Shown in pieces: positions 51,801-60,518 of a DNA stretch of 64,000 nucleotides. Each line of letters opens with the position of its first letter. The first letter of the stretch is position 1. The stretch is from Candidatus Woesearchaeota archaeon. GTDB taxonomy: Archaea > Nanobdellota > Nanobdellia > Woesearchaeales > ARS49. Below the pieces are notes generated by a model. That model was given only the letters and a program-made list of their open reading frames with translations, made no database searches and had not been told where the DNA came from. The stretch is taken from positions 14,256 to 78,255 of the forward strand of contig JASMHM010000005.1 of assembly GCA_030750765.1 (NCBI GenBank). The letters are read 5' to 3'. A program made the translations under genes and the position numbers.

Positions 51801-54800
51801 GGCAGGCGCGGGTGCTGCGGGTGCATCTGGTGCTTCCTCGGCTGCAGCGGCTTTCTTGGCAGCATTGCTAGATCTGGAGGGAATTATTTTTCCCGTACCT
51901 GGATTGGTCTCTTCCCCGTAGCTGGTAAAGCCGGTGACGTTGAAGATGTGTCTCTGGTTGGAGAAGCTCACCTCTGTGCACGCCGAGCTTGGGCAGGTCT
52001 CAAAGACGCCATCATCTTCAGGATCTCTCGTCGCTCGAGGGGACAAGAATAACGTGTTGAAGAAGGTGACTTGTGATTCTACATTTAGTCCGGATTCTTG
52101 ACTGCTGTTTGCTAGGGCGTAATCTTCAGCAAAGACTAAGAAGCTAGAAAGGTTGGTGATGTTGTTTGCTATTCTTCCGAATTCTATGCCGCTCGTGTTC
52201 AGCTGTCCAAGTTTGAACGTGCTGTCTTTCATGATGTTGCTGTGGTTGTCGTGATATCGGTTGAGGTAGACAAACTTTGCTCCGGCACTGGTTCCGTTGA
52301 AGGTTGCGTTTCTTACAAAGATGAATTCTGCTTGTACTTGGGTGGATCCATTCCTGCCGTTGTAGGTTGCTCCGTCCATGATGTAGGTGCTGTTGATGAT
52401 TATGTTTCCACCTGCACCCCTTACTGTTGTTCCTGGGAGCATGGTGGCGTTGCTGAGGTTGAGATTTGCATCTCTAGGACTCCACTCCCAGTTTTGTATG
52501 CCGTACAGATGGTTGTGGGCGATGTCGTATCTTCCCCCAGTTCCAATCTCTCCCCCATTTGTCCCGTTGACAAGTAGGTGACTATCATTGATCAGGCTGG
52601 TGTTGTACTTGATCATGATCCTTCCTCCACCTCCACCTTCTCCAGTTCCTCCGCGTCCTCGCGCAAGGAAGTATCCTTGTCCGTCGATGACGTCTGTAAC
52701 TATGTTGATGCTTCCTCCGCTTCCTCCGCCTCCGTCTTGGTCACCAAAGCCGTCTACAGACAGGTTTCCAGAGATGTTCATGAGCCCTGCCTCGATGAAC
52801 ACTAGCCCTCCGCCTAGCGAACCGTTAACCTCTGGAGCTGCACCTCCGCCTCCGCCCCCACTTCCTAGCTCTACGGGATTGAAGGCGCTGCCGTACGTTG
52901 ATCCGTACGATTCTGTGCTTATTTCGGGGTTCTCTGTGGGTAGCCATGTGGGTGCTCCGGTTCCTCCGTGACTGCCGCCGCTTCCGTTGCCTTCTGTTGC
53001 GCCGGTGGGTCCTGCGCCCGGTCCTGTCTCTGCTCCAAACCCTTTGGTGGTGATGGTGCTTCCGACGTCCATGGTCATGTTGGTGGTGCTGATGTTGAGC
53101 CTGGTGACGTTAGCGATCTGTGACATGTCCATGAGTATGTGTTGGGCGGTGATGCTTAGGTTGGAGAGATTTTGGCTTGGGTTTGGGATGATGCTTGCGT
53201 TGTACAAGATCAGGTTGGTGACGTTCAGCACGAGACTGCTGTTGCTTTTTGTTACTGCCTGGGTGACGTTGATGGTGGCGTAATTCCAAATGCTGAGATC
53301 GGTGAGCACCCATCTCCAGCCGCCTCGGATTTGGACGCTGCTGGCGTTCAACTCAAAGAAGGCGATGGTGCCTATCCCTCCTCCACTCTTTCCAGACACG
53401 TCCGCATTCTCGATGGATAGGGTGCTGAAATTGGTTCTTACTGTGATCATGCCTCCTGAGCTGTTGTCGCCTCCTTTTACGTCAAAATTTCCATTGCCTG
53501 TGAGATTGTTTACGATTACGTTGATGGTGCCTCCGCTTCCTCCTGCTCCGGATTCTGTTCCTTGATAATTTTCGCCCTTAGCGCTGACATTTCCGCTAAT
53601 ATTCACTTGGTTGCCGCGGATGAACACCACGCCTCCTCCTGCTCCTGCTCCTCCTTGGTCCATTTTATCCCCGCCTCCACTTCCTGGTTGGGTAGGGTTG
53701 AAGGGGCGGTCATAAGGACTGCCTCCTGGCATGGTCCCGCCAGCAGTTTCGACAAATTCAGCACCCTTGCCGCCGTGACCTGCCCCTGAGCCTCCTTCGG
53801 TGGCTGATGTTCCTGCTCCAGGTCCTTTCTCTGCGATAAATCCTGCTTTATCTGCGGAAATAAACGAGTTTGCCGTGAGCGTGAAGTTTGGGCTGGTGAT
53901 GTTCATTACGCTTGTTCTGTTGATGGTGGAGTCCATGATGAGGCTGGTGCCTGCGCTTAGTGTGAAGTTTCCGATGAAGCTATCGTTGGTGTTGCCTTCG
54001 ATGGTGCTGTTTATTAGGTGGAAGACGCTGGCTGAGATGTTTAAGGTGTCATTTGCTTTTGTGCGGGCGTTGCTAACGTTCAACAAGGTGTAGTTCCAGC
54101 TGGCTTGTTTGACCCATCGCCATCCTTGCCTGATGTTGAGGCTGTTGTCGTCCAGGTCGAACATGGCGGCAGTGCCATGTTCTGCGCCACCATCTCCCTG
54201 CACCTCAAGATTTGTGATGGGTATCTGGGTGAAATTGTACTGTACAAGGATCATGCCGCCGCTGCTAGCGTTGGCTCCTTTTGCTGTGAGGAATCCGCCG
54301 CCGGTGAGGTTGCCTACCAAAATATTAATGGAGCCGCCTGCCCCTCCTGTGTTCTTAGTACCTTCTGGTGGGGGGAGTACTCCATCAACGCTGATGTTGC
54401 CCGACAGGTTAGAAAAGGAAGAACGGATGAACACCACGCCCCCTCCTCGCCCGCCTAGGAAACTTGCACTTTCGCTGGCGCCTCCGCTTCCTGCCTCTTC
54501 AGGGTTTAGAGGATTGTCATAGGGTTGATTGGGAACGCTCTCTCCTGGCATGCCCTTTCCACCGTGGCCGGCCCCGCTGCCTGCTAAGGTCGCTCCTGCT
54601 ACACCAAAGGCAGGTCCAGAATCTGAGGCAAAGCCGGCACCATCAGAAAGAATGACGGACCCTGCCGTGAGGGTGAAATTAGGACTGGTGATGTTGAACC
54701 TGCTCGTTCTGTTGATGACTGAGTTCATGATGAGGCTGGTGCCTGCGCTTAGTGTGAAGTTGCCGATGAAGGACACGTTGTTTTTTGGTTCGATGATGCT

Positions 54801-57800
54801 GTCTACAAGGTGGAAGACGCTGGCTGAGATGTTTAAGGTGTCATTTGCTTTTGTGCGGGCGTTGCTAACGTTCAACAAGGTGTAGTTCCAGCTGGCTTGT
54901 TTGACCCATCGCCATCCTTGTCGGATGTTTAGGCTGTTGTCATCCTCGTCATACATTGCTGTCGTGCCTTGTTCTCCGCCAGAGCTGCCGCTGGTGTTGA
55001 GCTTCTCTATAGAGATGGTGGTGGTGTTGTAACCAACGAAAATCATGCCACCGCCGCTTCTGGCTCCAGTACCTGTCGCGTCGAACGTTCCATTACCTAC
55101 AAGTTCGTTTACGAGGATGTTGATGCTGCCTCCGCTTCCCCCTCCTGCTAAGCCACTTCCCGCAACGCCTTGGACGCTGATGTTGCCGGAGAGGTTAGCG
55201 AAGTTGGATCGTATAATGACCACGCCTCCACCGAAACCTCCACGAGGTCCGCCGACTCCCTCAGAACCGCCGCCGCTGCCATGCTCAACAGGGTTTGTGG
55301 GGTCGTCATACACTTGGCCCTCGGGCATGGGAGGATCTGCTTCGGGGGGGCCGCCTAGTCCTCCGTGTCCTGCCCCGGCGCCGTCTCCGCTTCCCGAAGC
55401 CATGCCTGCTCCTGGGCCTAGGTCGTTAGAAAACCCTGTGCCGTCTGCGATGATGATCGAGCCAATAGTGAAGGTGAAGTTAGGGCTGGTGATGTTGAGT
55501 CTGCTTGTTTTATTGATGACAGCATCTACCAAGAATGAGGTTCCTGCGCCAATCGTAATGTTGCCGATGATGCTTTCATTGTTCTTGGGCTCGATGCTTG
55601 CGTTTGTCAAGTGGAAGACGCTGGCGGTGATGTTGAGTGAGTCGTTCGCTAACGTGATAGCATTTGTGACGTTCAACAAAGTGAAGTTCCAGGCCGCGAG
55701 CTTGACCCATCGCCAGCTCTGTCTGATGTTGAGGCTGTTGCTGTCCATGTCAAACATGGCTGAGGTACCGGGATTGCTTCCGCTGGCTCCGTCAACAAAC
55801 ATATTCTCAATGCTTGATGTGGTGGTGTTGTAACTAAGAAGGATCATACCTCCCCCGCCTCCTGAAGATCCAATACCTCGTGACAGGTACTTTCCGTCTC
55901 CGTGTAGAGTGTTCGCGAGTACGTTGATGGTGCCTCCGCTTCCTCCTCCATGGGGGCCGTCGCTAGCCCCTCCGTCTGTGCTGATGTTGCCTGACATGTT
56001 CAGCATGTCGGCTCTGATAAAGACTGCTCCGCCTCCTCTCTGTCCGCCCTTGCCTCCTCCACTTCCTAACTCGATAGGATTCAAGGGATCATCGTACACT
56101 TCGCTGCGAGGCAAGGGAGGAGTATCTTCGGGTACGGCTCTGCCTGCTCCACCGTGTCCTCCTGGACCGCCAAAGCTTCCACCATCTTGTCCTCCTCCAG
56201 GTCCGTCTGAGGAGTCGAATCCAGAGGCGTCCAGAATGATGAAGGATCCGCTGTCAATGCTGACGTTTACCGAGGTCACGTTGAATCTTGTGAAGTTTCC
56301 GATGGTCGAGCTTAGTATGAACATTTCGGTGGTGTTCACGGTCAGGTTCTTGTCCAAATCCAGGCTTACGTTTCCGGCAAGAAGCAAAGTGCTGTTTTGC
56401 ATGCGGAAGAACGCTCCAGAGATGTTGATACTGACGTTATACGTGGCCACTACATTTGTCAGGTTCATGGAAAACGCGTATACTGGTGTCTCGTCAAACG
56501 TCCACGACTGTCGCATGTTGAACACGCCGGTGCCTAGGTCCACAAATGCTAGCGAGCCAGGGAAGGCATTTCCTCTGCTGCTCACAGAAGAGCGAGAGGG
56601 GTCAAGAGTGCTGCTGTTTGCCCTAACCATGATGCGTCCGCCGCCTCCAGAAGCATTTTCATTACTTGAGGCTCCTTCTGCCTCGAGACGTCCGTTTCCT
56701 ACGAGAGTGTCTACGAGGATGTTGATGCTGCCTCCGCTGCCTCCGCCAGCTGCATCATTATCAGTAAAGACTGTTCCCCCTGACACGGTTATGTTTCCGC
56801 TCATGTTGAGCCTGCTTCCTCTTATGAACACTGCGCCTCCTCCTCGGGCAGCTCCAGAGTTACCGTCATCGCCCCTTCCGCCCTGGCTTCCAGGGTTTAC
56901 AGGGTTGCGTGCGCTGTCATAGCTCAGACCTGCTAGTGTGGGAGGTGTTCCGGGAGAGTCTAACCCTTTGCCTCCGTGTCCTGCGCCAGAACCGTAGGGG
57001 TGACCTCCGTCGTCGTCCGCCCCTGCTCCTGGACCGTCGTAGGCAGTGTCGCTTGCGTTAATGACTGAGCTCTCATCAATGGTTGTGTTTGTACTGGTGA
57101 TGTTTACTATGAGAAGGCTTGTTAGTATGCTGTTTTTGATCTCCATGTTGGTCGCGTTCATGGTGAGGTTGGTCGTGGTGTTTTCTGGGGCACCCTCAAT
57201 GGATGCGTTTACCATGCTGAACATCCCAACGCTAAAGTTGAGTGTGGCGTTCATGGTGATGTTAACGCCAATAATGCGAATGCTGCCCATGTTTTGCAAG
57301 GCTGCAGAGGGGAATCTGAAATCCTCAATGAGATAGACTGTGTCGTCGTCCACGTCCAAAATGATTAGCGAACCTGGATCTGCGTCGGCCTCGCCTGGTG
57401 AAACGTCGTAATTGTCGCGGGTGAGACTGGAGTGGTTGTACTCAATGCGCATTCTTCCTCCGCCGCCTGCACCTCCGCCTCCGCCTCCGCCTCTGGCAGT
57501 GATGTTTCCTGTACCATTGATGTGGTTGGCGATGATGTGGATGGTGCCGCCTCCGCCTCCGCCGCCTATTCCTGAGCCAAAGCTCTGGATGCCTGAGATA
57601 CCGTCTGCACTTATCGTACCGTTAACGATGAGCACGTCTGCCTCGAGCTTGAGTATGCCTCCTCCTGCTCCTCCAATGCCGTCATCCGTAGTGCCTGCAT
57701 GCCCTCCTCCACTTCCTGCCTGGAATGGGTTGACAGGATCTCCATACGCTACTCCTCCGTCGGAGGGAGGGTCGTTGTTATTCGCTCCGCCTCCACCGCC

Positions 57801-60152
57801 GTGGCTTCCTCCAGGGCCATGCTTTTCATCATCGCTAGAGCGGTCCACTTGGCTGATGCCTTCAAGAACTTGGTAGCCGGTACCATTCAACAGGATGTCT
57901 CCTTCTACAGTGATGTTATCTGCCTTGATGAGTATGCTTTCGTTGCCTATGCTGGTGGCGTTGATGATCATGATGGCTCCTGCACTAATGTTGATGTTGC
58001 TACAGGTTTTGTTGCTCGTTACGTACTCAGTACCGGTGATGACCCAGTTGCCTGTTGAGTCTGGACAGCTCGCAAACTTGGTGACGTTAAACTCGATGTA
58101 GACGCTGTGGTTCTTGTTGTTGGAGGTGTCGTTAGCTAGTATTGTGAGGTTGTACTCTCCCGAGGTGTCTGTGGCTAGCGTAACAAACGTGTTGTTGAAC
58201 TCGGTGCCAGAACGATTGAACAATTGTATCAGTGTGTTGCTGCCGTTGGGGATGGTGATGTTGGCAAACACAGTGTCTGTTATGTTGTCATCTGTAACAT
58301 TAACATCGATGGTGGTGGTGTTGCCTCTGGCGAACTGTTTGGGCGTGATGTTGAGCTTGGTTACTGCGGGTACTTTGATGTCTGAAGGGAGGTTGATCTC
58401 GTACTGGATGATCAGCACAGGATAGTTGGTAATGTTGTCATCATTCTGCATCACGATCTCTGCCGTGGAGTTGGTCTCGTTATTTTCCGGTGTTCTTATG
58501 CCTAGCGTGAACACGTCGCTCCCTGTTAGCGCGCTCTCGATGTCGGCTGAGGCATTAAGGCCTAGTTGCTGGGTGGTCTTCCAGTAGCAGCCAGAAGACA
58601 TAAGACAGTTGTCCTTCTCTTCATGGCCTGCCACGTTACACCCGTCCGCGTGGTCCAAGCACACGGAGCCATTCCATTGACAGCCGGTGTTCGTACCGCA
58701 AGAGCCTTCATCTCCCTGCTCTGCACAATTATCTCGGAAGCCTCGGCACAGGGTTCTGCTGCTGGTGAAGTTGGTGTGGTCCTCAAAGTAGACGTTACTG
58801 GTGCCATTAGTGCCGTTGTAGAGGTCGTTGTTGCCTTGCGAGTTGTCGGTGTAGTCTGCCGCGGGCTTGGAGATTCCGGCAATCGTGATGTTGTCCTCGC
58901 CAGTGCTCTTTGTTGCTGTAAGCGTTAGATTAACCAATGTGATGTTGGCGTTGTCAGGAATTATGGTGGTGTTGAAGTCTAGGAAGATGCGATAGCCTGC
59001 ATGCTTGGTGTCGCCCCAAGAGCACGTAAATTGGGCAGAGCAATCTCCTTCGCCGGAGGTTATATTGCTGCACGGTTCAGCTGTGCCCTCGCAGCTGTCT
59101 CCGTCCCAGGTGCATCCTCGCTGGGTGTCGCAGGAAGGCTCATCTGCGATCTCGCCGCAGGTCATAACTTCACCTGAGCAACCTGGATGGGTTTTGTTTC
59201 CAAGGGAAGCGTTTGAGGATGTGGTATCTCGGGTGTGTGCTGTCACGTTCGTGCTGGTCTCGTTTCTAAGGGTGTGCCCGTCTAGCGTGAGATTGCCTCC
59301 GTCTAGGGAGATCGCGGTTATGGAGACCACTTGTATGAGGAGGTCTCCTTGTTGTTGGACTGGCGAGACAGAGAAGCCCACTGCCTCTCCTGCAGACCTG
59401 AACAAGGTGAAGTGGTCAACGGTAAAACTTACGTCTCCGCTGTCGTACTGGATGTTGGTACAGCTAGGGCTTGTCGTGTCATCACACGTTCCCCAAGTTG
59501 TTCCATCATCGCTGTATTCGATCTTGCTGCCGATGGCGCTGTTGATGGTGAGTGTTGCTGTTTTGTTGAGCTGGACACACTTGGCAGTGTCTAGTCCGAT
59601 AAGGTTATCCTCCACAACAAGACATTCGTGGATGTTGGTGTAGTTTTGCTTGCCACCAAAGTCGATCTTTCCAAGATCGCCGCTAACGCTGCCGTCTTCT
59701 TGTATTTGCATTCCTTTGGGTATGAGTAAGAAATTGTAGTTGAGGATTGCAGCATCATCCTCTTCGTCCGCTGCGTCCTCTAGCGTGGTTGTGTCTTCAA
59801 TAAGACTGGGAAGGTCGGTAAGGTCGGGTAGTGCTTCAACAACTGGCCCTTGGAACTCGTGACTAAGCACCTGTTGAGAGATATTGGAGCCCACGAGTAA
59901 GGATACTGTGAGCTCCACCTCTCTAACATCTGCGTGGTTTTTGGTTAGTGTTAGCAATTCTCCATCAACTTCTGTCGTCACATTCTCGTGTGTCTGGACG
60001 AGGAAAGAGTCAGCCGGGCCTAGTCGCTCCGTGAGGTTTAGCGTGGTTGTTGGTAGATCAAGACCGAATAGTCCGGTGATCGTGCCTCCCCAAAGAGCTA
60101 AACTAAGCCCAGCAATGACGATGAATACGGCGAGCAGCTTCCTTACTTCCAT
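48891..60152 (-). CDS. giant surface protein 3 (3753 aa): signal peptide, NxT/S-sequon-rich beta-solenoid-like region, Cys clusters, ~6 tandem ~265-aa Gly-rich modules, Ala/Pro linker, lipase-type alpha/beta-hydrolase domain, two TM segments, basic repeat cytoplasmic tail
   Basis: N-terminal signal MEVRKLLAVFIVIAGLSLALWGG. Repeated modules (...NISASVFHL...GGAGGSINILV...NSLNIRQGWRWVKQASWNYTLLNV...) at ~52100-57400. AAKKAAAAEEAPDAPAAPAPAPAP linker. Hydrolase core ~50600-50960 (ALILIHGF oxyanion region, nucleophile elbow AHSMGG, LVGTPNDGSP). TM helices at ~49824-49901 and ~49959-50066. Tail with repeated L(K/R)KxFGTxY units ending KRLRDLKKKFGGGKK. Stop is TGA. Confidence 0.7.
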   Translation of the reverse strand: MEVRKLLAVFIVIAGLSLALWGGTITGLFGLDLPTTTLNLTERLGPADSFLVQTHENVTTEVDGELLTLTKNHADVREVELTVSLLVGSNISQQVLSHEFQGPVVEALPDLTDLPSLIEDTTTLEDAADEEDDAAILNYNFLLIPKGMQIQEDGSVSGDLGKIDFGGKQNYTNIHECLVVEDNLIGLDTAKCVQLNKTATLTINSAIGSKIEYSDDGTTWGTCDDTTSPSCTNIQYDSGDVSFTVDHFTLFRSAGEAVGFSVSPVQQQGDLLIQVVSITAISLDGGNLTLDGHTLRNETSTNVTAHTRDTTSSNASLGNKTHPGCSGEVMTCGEIADEPSCDTQRGCTWDGDSCEGTAEPCSNITSGEGDCSAQFTCSWGDTKHAGYRIFLDFNTTIIPDNANITLVNLTLTATKSTGEDNITIAGISKPAADYTDNSQGNNDLYNGTNGTSNVYFEDHTNFTSSRTLCRGFRDNCAEQGDEGSCGTNTGCQWNGSVCLDHADGCNVAGHEEKDNCLMSSGCYWKTTQQLGLNASADIESALTGSDVFTLGIRTPENNETNSTAEIVMQNDDNITNYPVLIIQYEINLPSDIKVPAVTKLNITPKQFARGNTTTIDVNVTDDNITDTVFANITIPNGSNTLIQLFNRSGTEFNNTFVTLATDTSGEYNLTILANDTSNNKNHSVYIEFNVTKFASCPDSTGNWVITGTEYVTSNKTCSNINISAGAIMIINATSIGNESILIKADNITVEGDILLNGTGYQVLEGISQVDRSSDDEKHGPGGSHGGGGGANNNDPPSDGGVAYGDPVNPFQAGSGGGHAGTTDDGIGGAGGGILKLEADVLIVNGTISADGISGIQSFGSGIGGGGGGGTIHIIANHINGTGNITARGGGGGGGAGGGGRMRIEYNHSSLTRDNYDVSPGEADADPGSLIILDVDDDTVYLIEDFRFPSAALQNMGSIRIIGVNITMNATLNFSVGMFSMVNASIEGAPENTTTNLTMNATNMEIKNSILTSLLIVNITSTNTTIDESSVINASDTAYDGPGAGADDDGGHPYGSGAGHGGKGLDSPGTPPTLAGLSYDSARNPVNPGSQGGRGDDGNSGAARGGGAVFIRGSRLNMSGNITVSGGTVFTDNDAAGGGSGGSINILVDTLVGNGRLEAEGASSNENASGGGGRIMVRANSSTLDPSRSSVSSRGNAFPGSLAFVDLGTGVFNMRQSWTFDETPVYAFSMNLTNVVATYNVSINISGAFFRMQNSTLLLAGNVSLDLDKNLTVNTTEMFILSSTIGNFTRFNVTSVNVSIDSGSFIILDASGFDSSDGPGGGQDGGSFGGPGGHGGAGRAVPEDTPPLPRSEVYDDPLNPIELGSGGGKGGQRGGGAVFIRADMLNMSGNISTDGGASDGPHGGGSGGTINVLANTLHGDGKYLSRGIGSSGGGGGMILLSYNTTTSSIENMFVDGASGSNPGTSAMFDMDSNSLNIRQSWRWVKLAAWNFTLLNVTNAITLANDSLNITASVFHLTNASIEPKNNESIIGNITIGAGTSFLVDAVINKTSRLNITSPNFTFTIGSIIIADGTGFSNDLGPGAGMASGSGDGAGAGHGGLGGPPEADPPMPEGQVYDDPTNPVEHGSGGGSEGVGGPRGGFGGGVVIIRSNFANLSGNISVQGVAGSGLAGGGSGGSINILVNELVGNGTFDATGTGARSGGGMIFVGYNTTTISIEKLNTSGSSGGEQGTTAMYDEDDNSLNIRQGWRWVKQASWNYTLLNVSNARTKANDTLNISASVFHLVDSIIEPKNNVSFIGNFTLSAGTSLIMNSVINRTSRFNITSPNFTLTAGSVILSDGAGFASDSGPAFGVAGATLAGSGAGHGGKGMPGESVPNQPYDNPLNPEEAGSGGASESASFLGGRGGGVVFIRSSFSNLSGNISVDGVLPPPEGTKNTGGAGGSINILVGNLTGGGFLTAKGANASSGGMILVQYNFTQIPITNLEVQGDGGAEHGTAAMFDLDDNSLNIRQGWRWVKQASWNYTLLNVSNARTKANDTLNISASVFHLINSTIEGNTNDSFIGNFTLSAGTSLIMDSTINRTSVMNITSPNFTLTANSFISADKAGFIAEKGPGAGTSATEGGSGAGHGGKGAEFVETAGGTMPGGSPYDRPFNPTQPGSGGGDKMDQGGAGAGGGVVFIRGNQVNISGNVSAKGENYQGTESGAGGSGGTINVIVNNLTGNGNFDVKGGDNSSGGMITVRTNFSTLSIENADVSGKSGGGIGTIAFFELNASSVQIRGGWRWVLTDLSIWNYATINVTQAVTKSNSSLVLNVTNLILYNASIIPNPSQNLSNLSITAQHILMDMSQIANVTRLNISTTNMTMDVGSTITTKGFGAETGPGAGPTGATEGNGSGGSHGGTGAPTWLPTENPEISTESYGSTYGSAFNPVELGSGGGGGGAAPEVNGSLGGGLVFIEAGLMNISGNLSVDGFGDQDGGGGSGGSINIVTDVIDGQGYFLARGRGGTGEGGGGGRIMIKYNTSLINDSHLLVNGTNGGEIGTGGRYDIAHNHLYGIQNWEWSPRDANLNLSNATMLPGTTVRGAGGNIIINSTYIMDGATYNGRNGSTQVQAEFIFVRNATFNGTSAGAKFVYLNRYHDNHSNIMKDSTFKLGQLNTSGIEFGRIANNITNLSSFLVFAEDYALANSSQESGLNVESQVTFFNTLFLSPRATRDPEDDGVFETCPSSACTEVSFSNQRHIFNVTGFTSYGEETNPGTGKIIPSRSSNAAKKAAAAEEAPDAPAAPAPAPAPAAAPAAKAAGVSTATSQRRSNIGKLFISQEDIEAEEVACAQGEAGSQVKIKKASTPPVPTGFSVLADPFAMDCAGDNVVLTLSVSENYENITTLKCNNEGCEFVGVEKPTEFECGGVSYSELVLSEYSKEGLEIDRKRVLTKQATITPENPRVQVEGYTIEFKDVTTPFQFNMKPHALSLPQVDKHIALLVDPIEIIQNSGKPQTVTISVKNPRTNNVLEGEFPAFRKQNGDMQSIVTNYDGTTVKGSFETNTTSVLGFYGIRCDSCDDVTMSKEYDGGSRQALILIHGFMSSPATWLPMIEEFRLTKQPQQVYSIAYPSTLEFKEISRQTRLLIEGTLREFDTVDIVAHSMGGLITQQVLKDMTNKEFEEKIRKLILVGTPNDGSPAIDIYKKVQKKIGAKKNIVPFLAASPTVVSSLSQGVQLPRMPGKEYVVLAGNRPFTIETAIFTVESDQIGEFFKEPNDGVVSVSSAQNVGGQPVENKCEDYFEMELDHGQLIDHSVPRKVIARLVAQQVEGKVTLGYNQYIRLNINNCQPGYTYAVVGQEIDEDTVADPLNCKCGNGVCGNGEDKVNCPSDCLIVERRAKNLLPIVIYGFLIAMIALILWGEVKKHKYGKALPRIFRLGKVAIALLLGATIGLHHYLYQALIPAYVLLALIVVSVLVEFFRHLRLPHIKVPHPLRDWKPHRRKPVMVPALRRLQDVFLKVSLPKLKPIRLPSRTQIPSPPPKWDMPKVKYKPFVIRPQPTPQQQPKTSGKRLQEMLGKRHPSAWTKPKETEKVPTPLHQLKKQFGTSYARYLEKTPKAQPHALPVQKKPRAPVHKPRYGFDKLKEQFRGRVEERLQYKKPEPTPIVPAPKVVRKPYEHKSHMLDNLKKSFDTNYKTKTSYVRPAPSTTLEPTPVEKRQRTHNESLEKLRGSFGTNYQRMVKPKPTIKHKPKEKPKQEEHEYKHAKRLRDLKKKFGGGKK

Positions 60153-60394
60153 ACTGCCCTCCTATCGTAGGAACATTTCCATTCCTTGAGAAATGCGTCT
60201 ACGGTGTTAGCGTGTTGTTTGGGTACTAAGAAGGCGGTGCGACCTAACTGGTCTATTTTGCAGTCTTTGATGATGCCACTTTTCCCATCTCTTCCTTTGA
60301 TGGCGTAGTAAAATCTAACCTTGTCAGAGTATTTTAGATGGGTGGTAGAATAGGTAAAAAGTGCAAATTCAGTGTAACTACTACCAGCAACCAC
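60143..60394 (-). CDS. small conserved basic protein, paralog C (first gene of the giant-3 operon)
   Basis: ...FALFTYSTTHLKYSDKVRFYYAIKGRDGKSGIIKDC...FLKEWKC is homologous to paralogs A and B. Putative GTG start at 60394-60392, 26 nt downstream of the TATA. Overlaps the giant-3 start by 10 nt. Confidence 0.45.
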   Translation of the reverse strand: MVAGSSYTEFALFTYSTTHLKYSDKVRFYYAIKGRDGKSGIIKDCKIDQLGRTAFLVPKQHANTVDAFLKEWKCSYDRRAVWK

Positions 60395-60419
60395 GCTGTT
60401 AAATAATTTAACAGTTTGG

Positions 60420-60427
60420 TATATAAA
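60420..60427 (-). promoter_or_regulatory. TATA box (tttatata on the minus strand) for the paralog-C/giant-3/B/A operon
   Basis: Forward tatataaa. The GTG lies 26 nt downstream on the minus strand, the same architecture as giant 1 and the tRNAs. Confidence 0.5.
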
Positions 60428-60429
60428 GC

Positions 60430-60450
60430 TTTCGACGTTTCTCGTCGAAA
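60430..60450 (-). promoter_or_regulatory. perfect 8-bp inverted repeat hairpin (tttcgacg-tttct-cgtcgaaa) abutting the TATA box; terminator of the upstream gene and/or operator
   Basis: Seen directly. On the minus strand the hairpin is followed by gc and then the T-rich TATA. It lies 70 nt downstream of the Rpp21 stop. Confidence 0.4.
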
Positions 60451-60518
60451 ACCCTACAATCACTCGCGTGGGTCAAAACTATCAAAAAACTCGATTCTTT
60501 AAATTACTACCGTACCAC

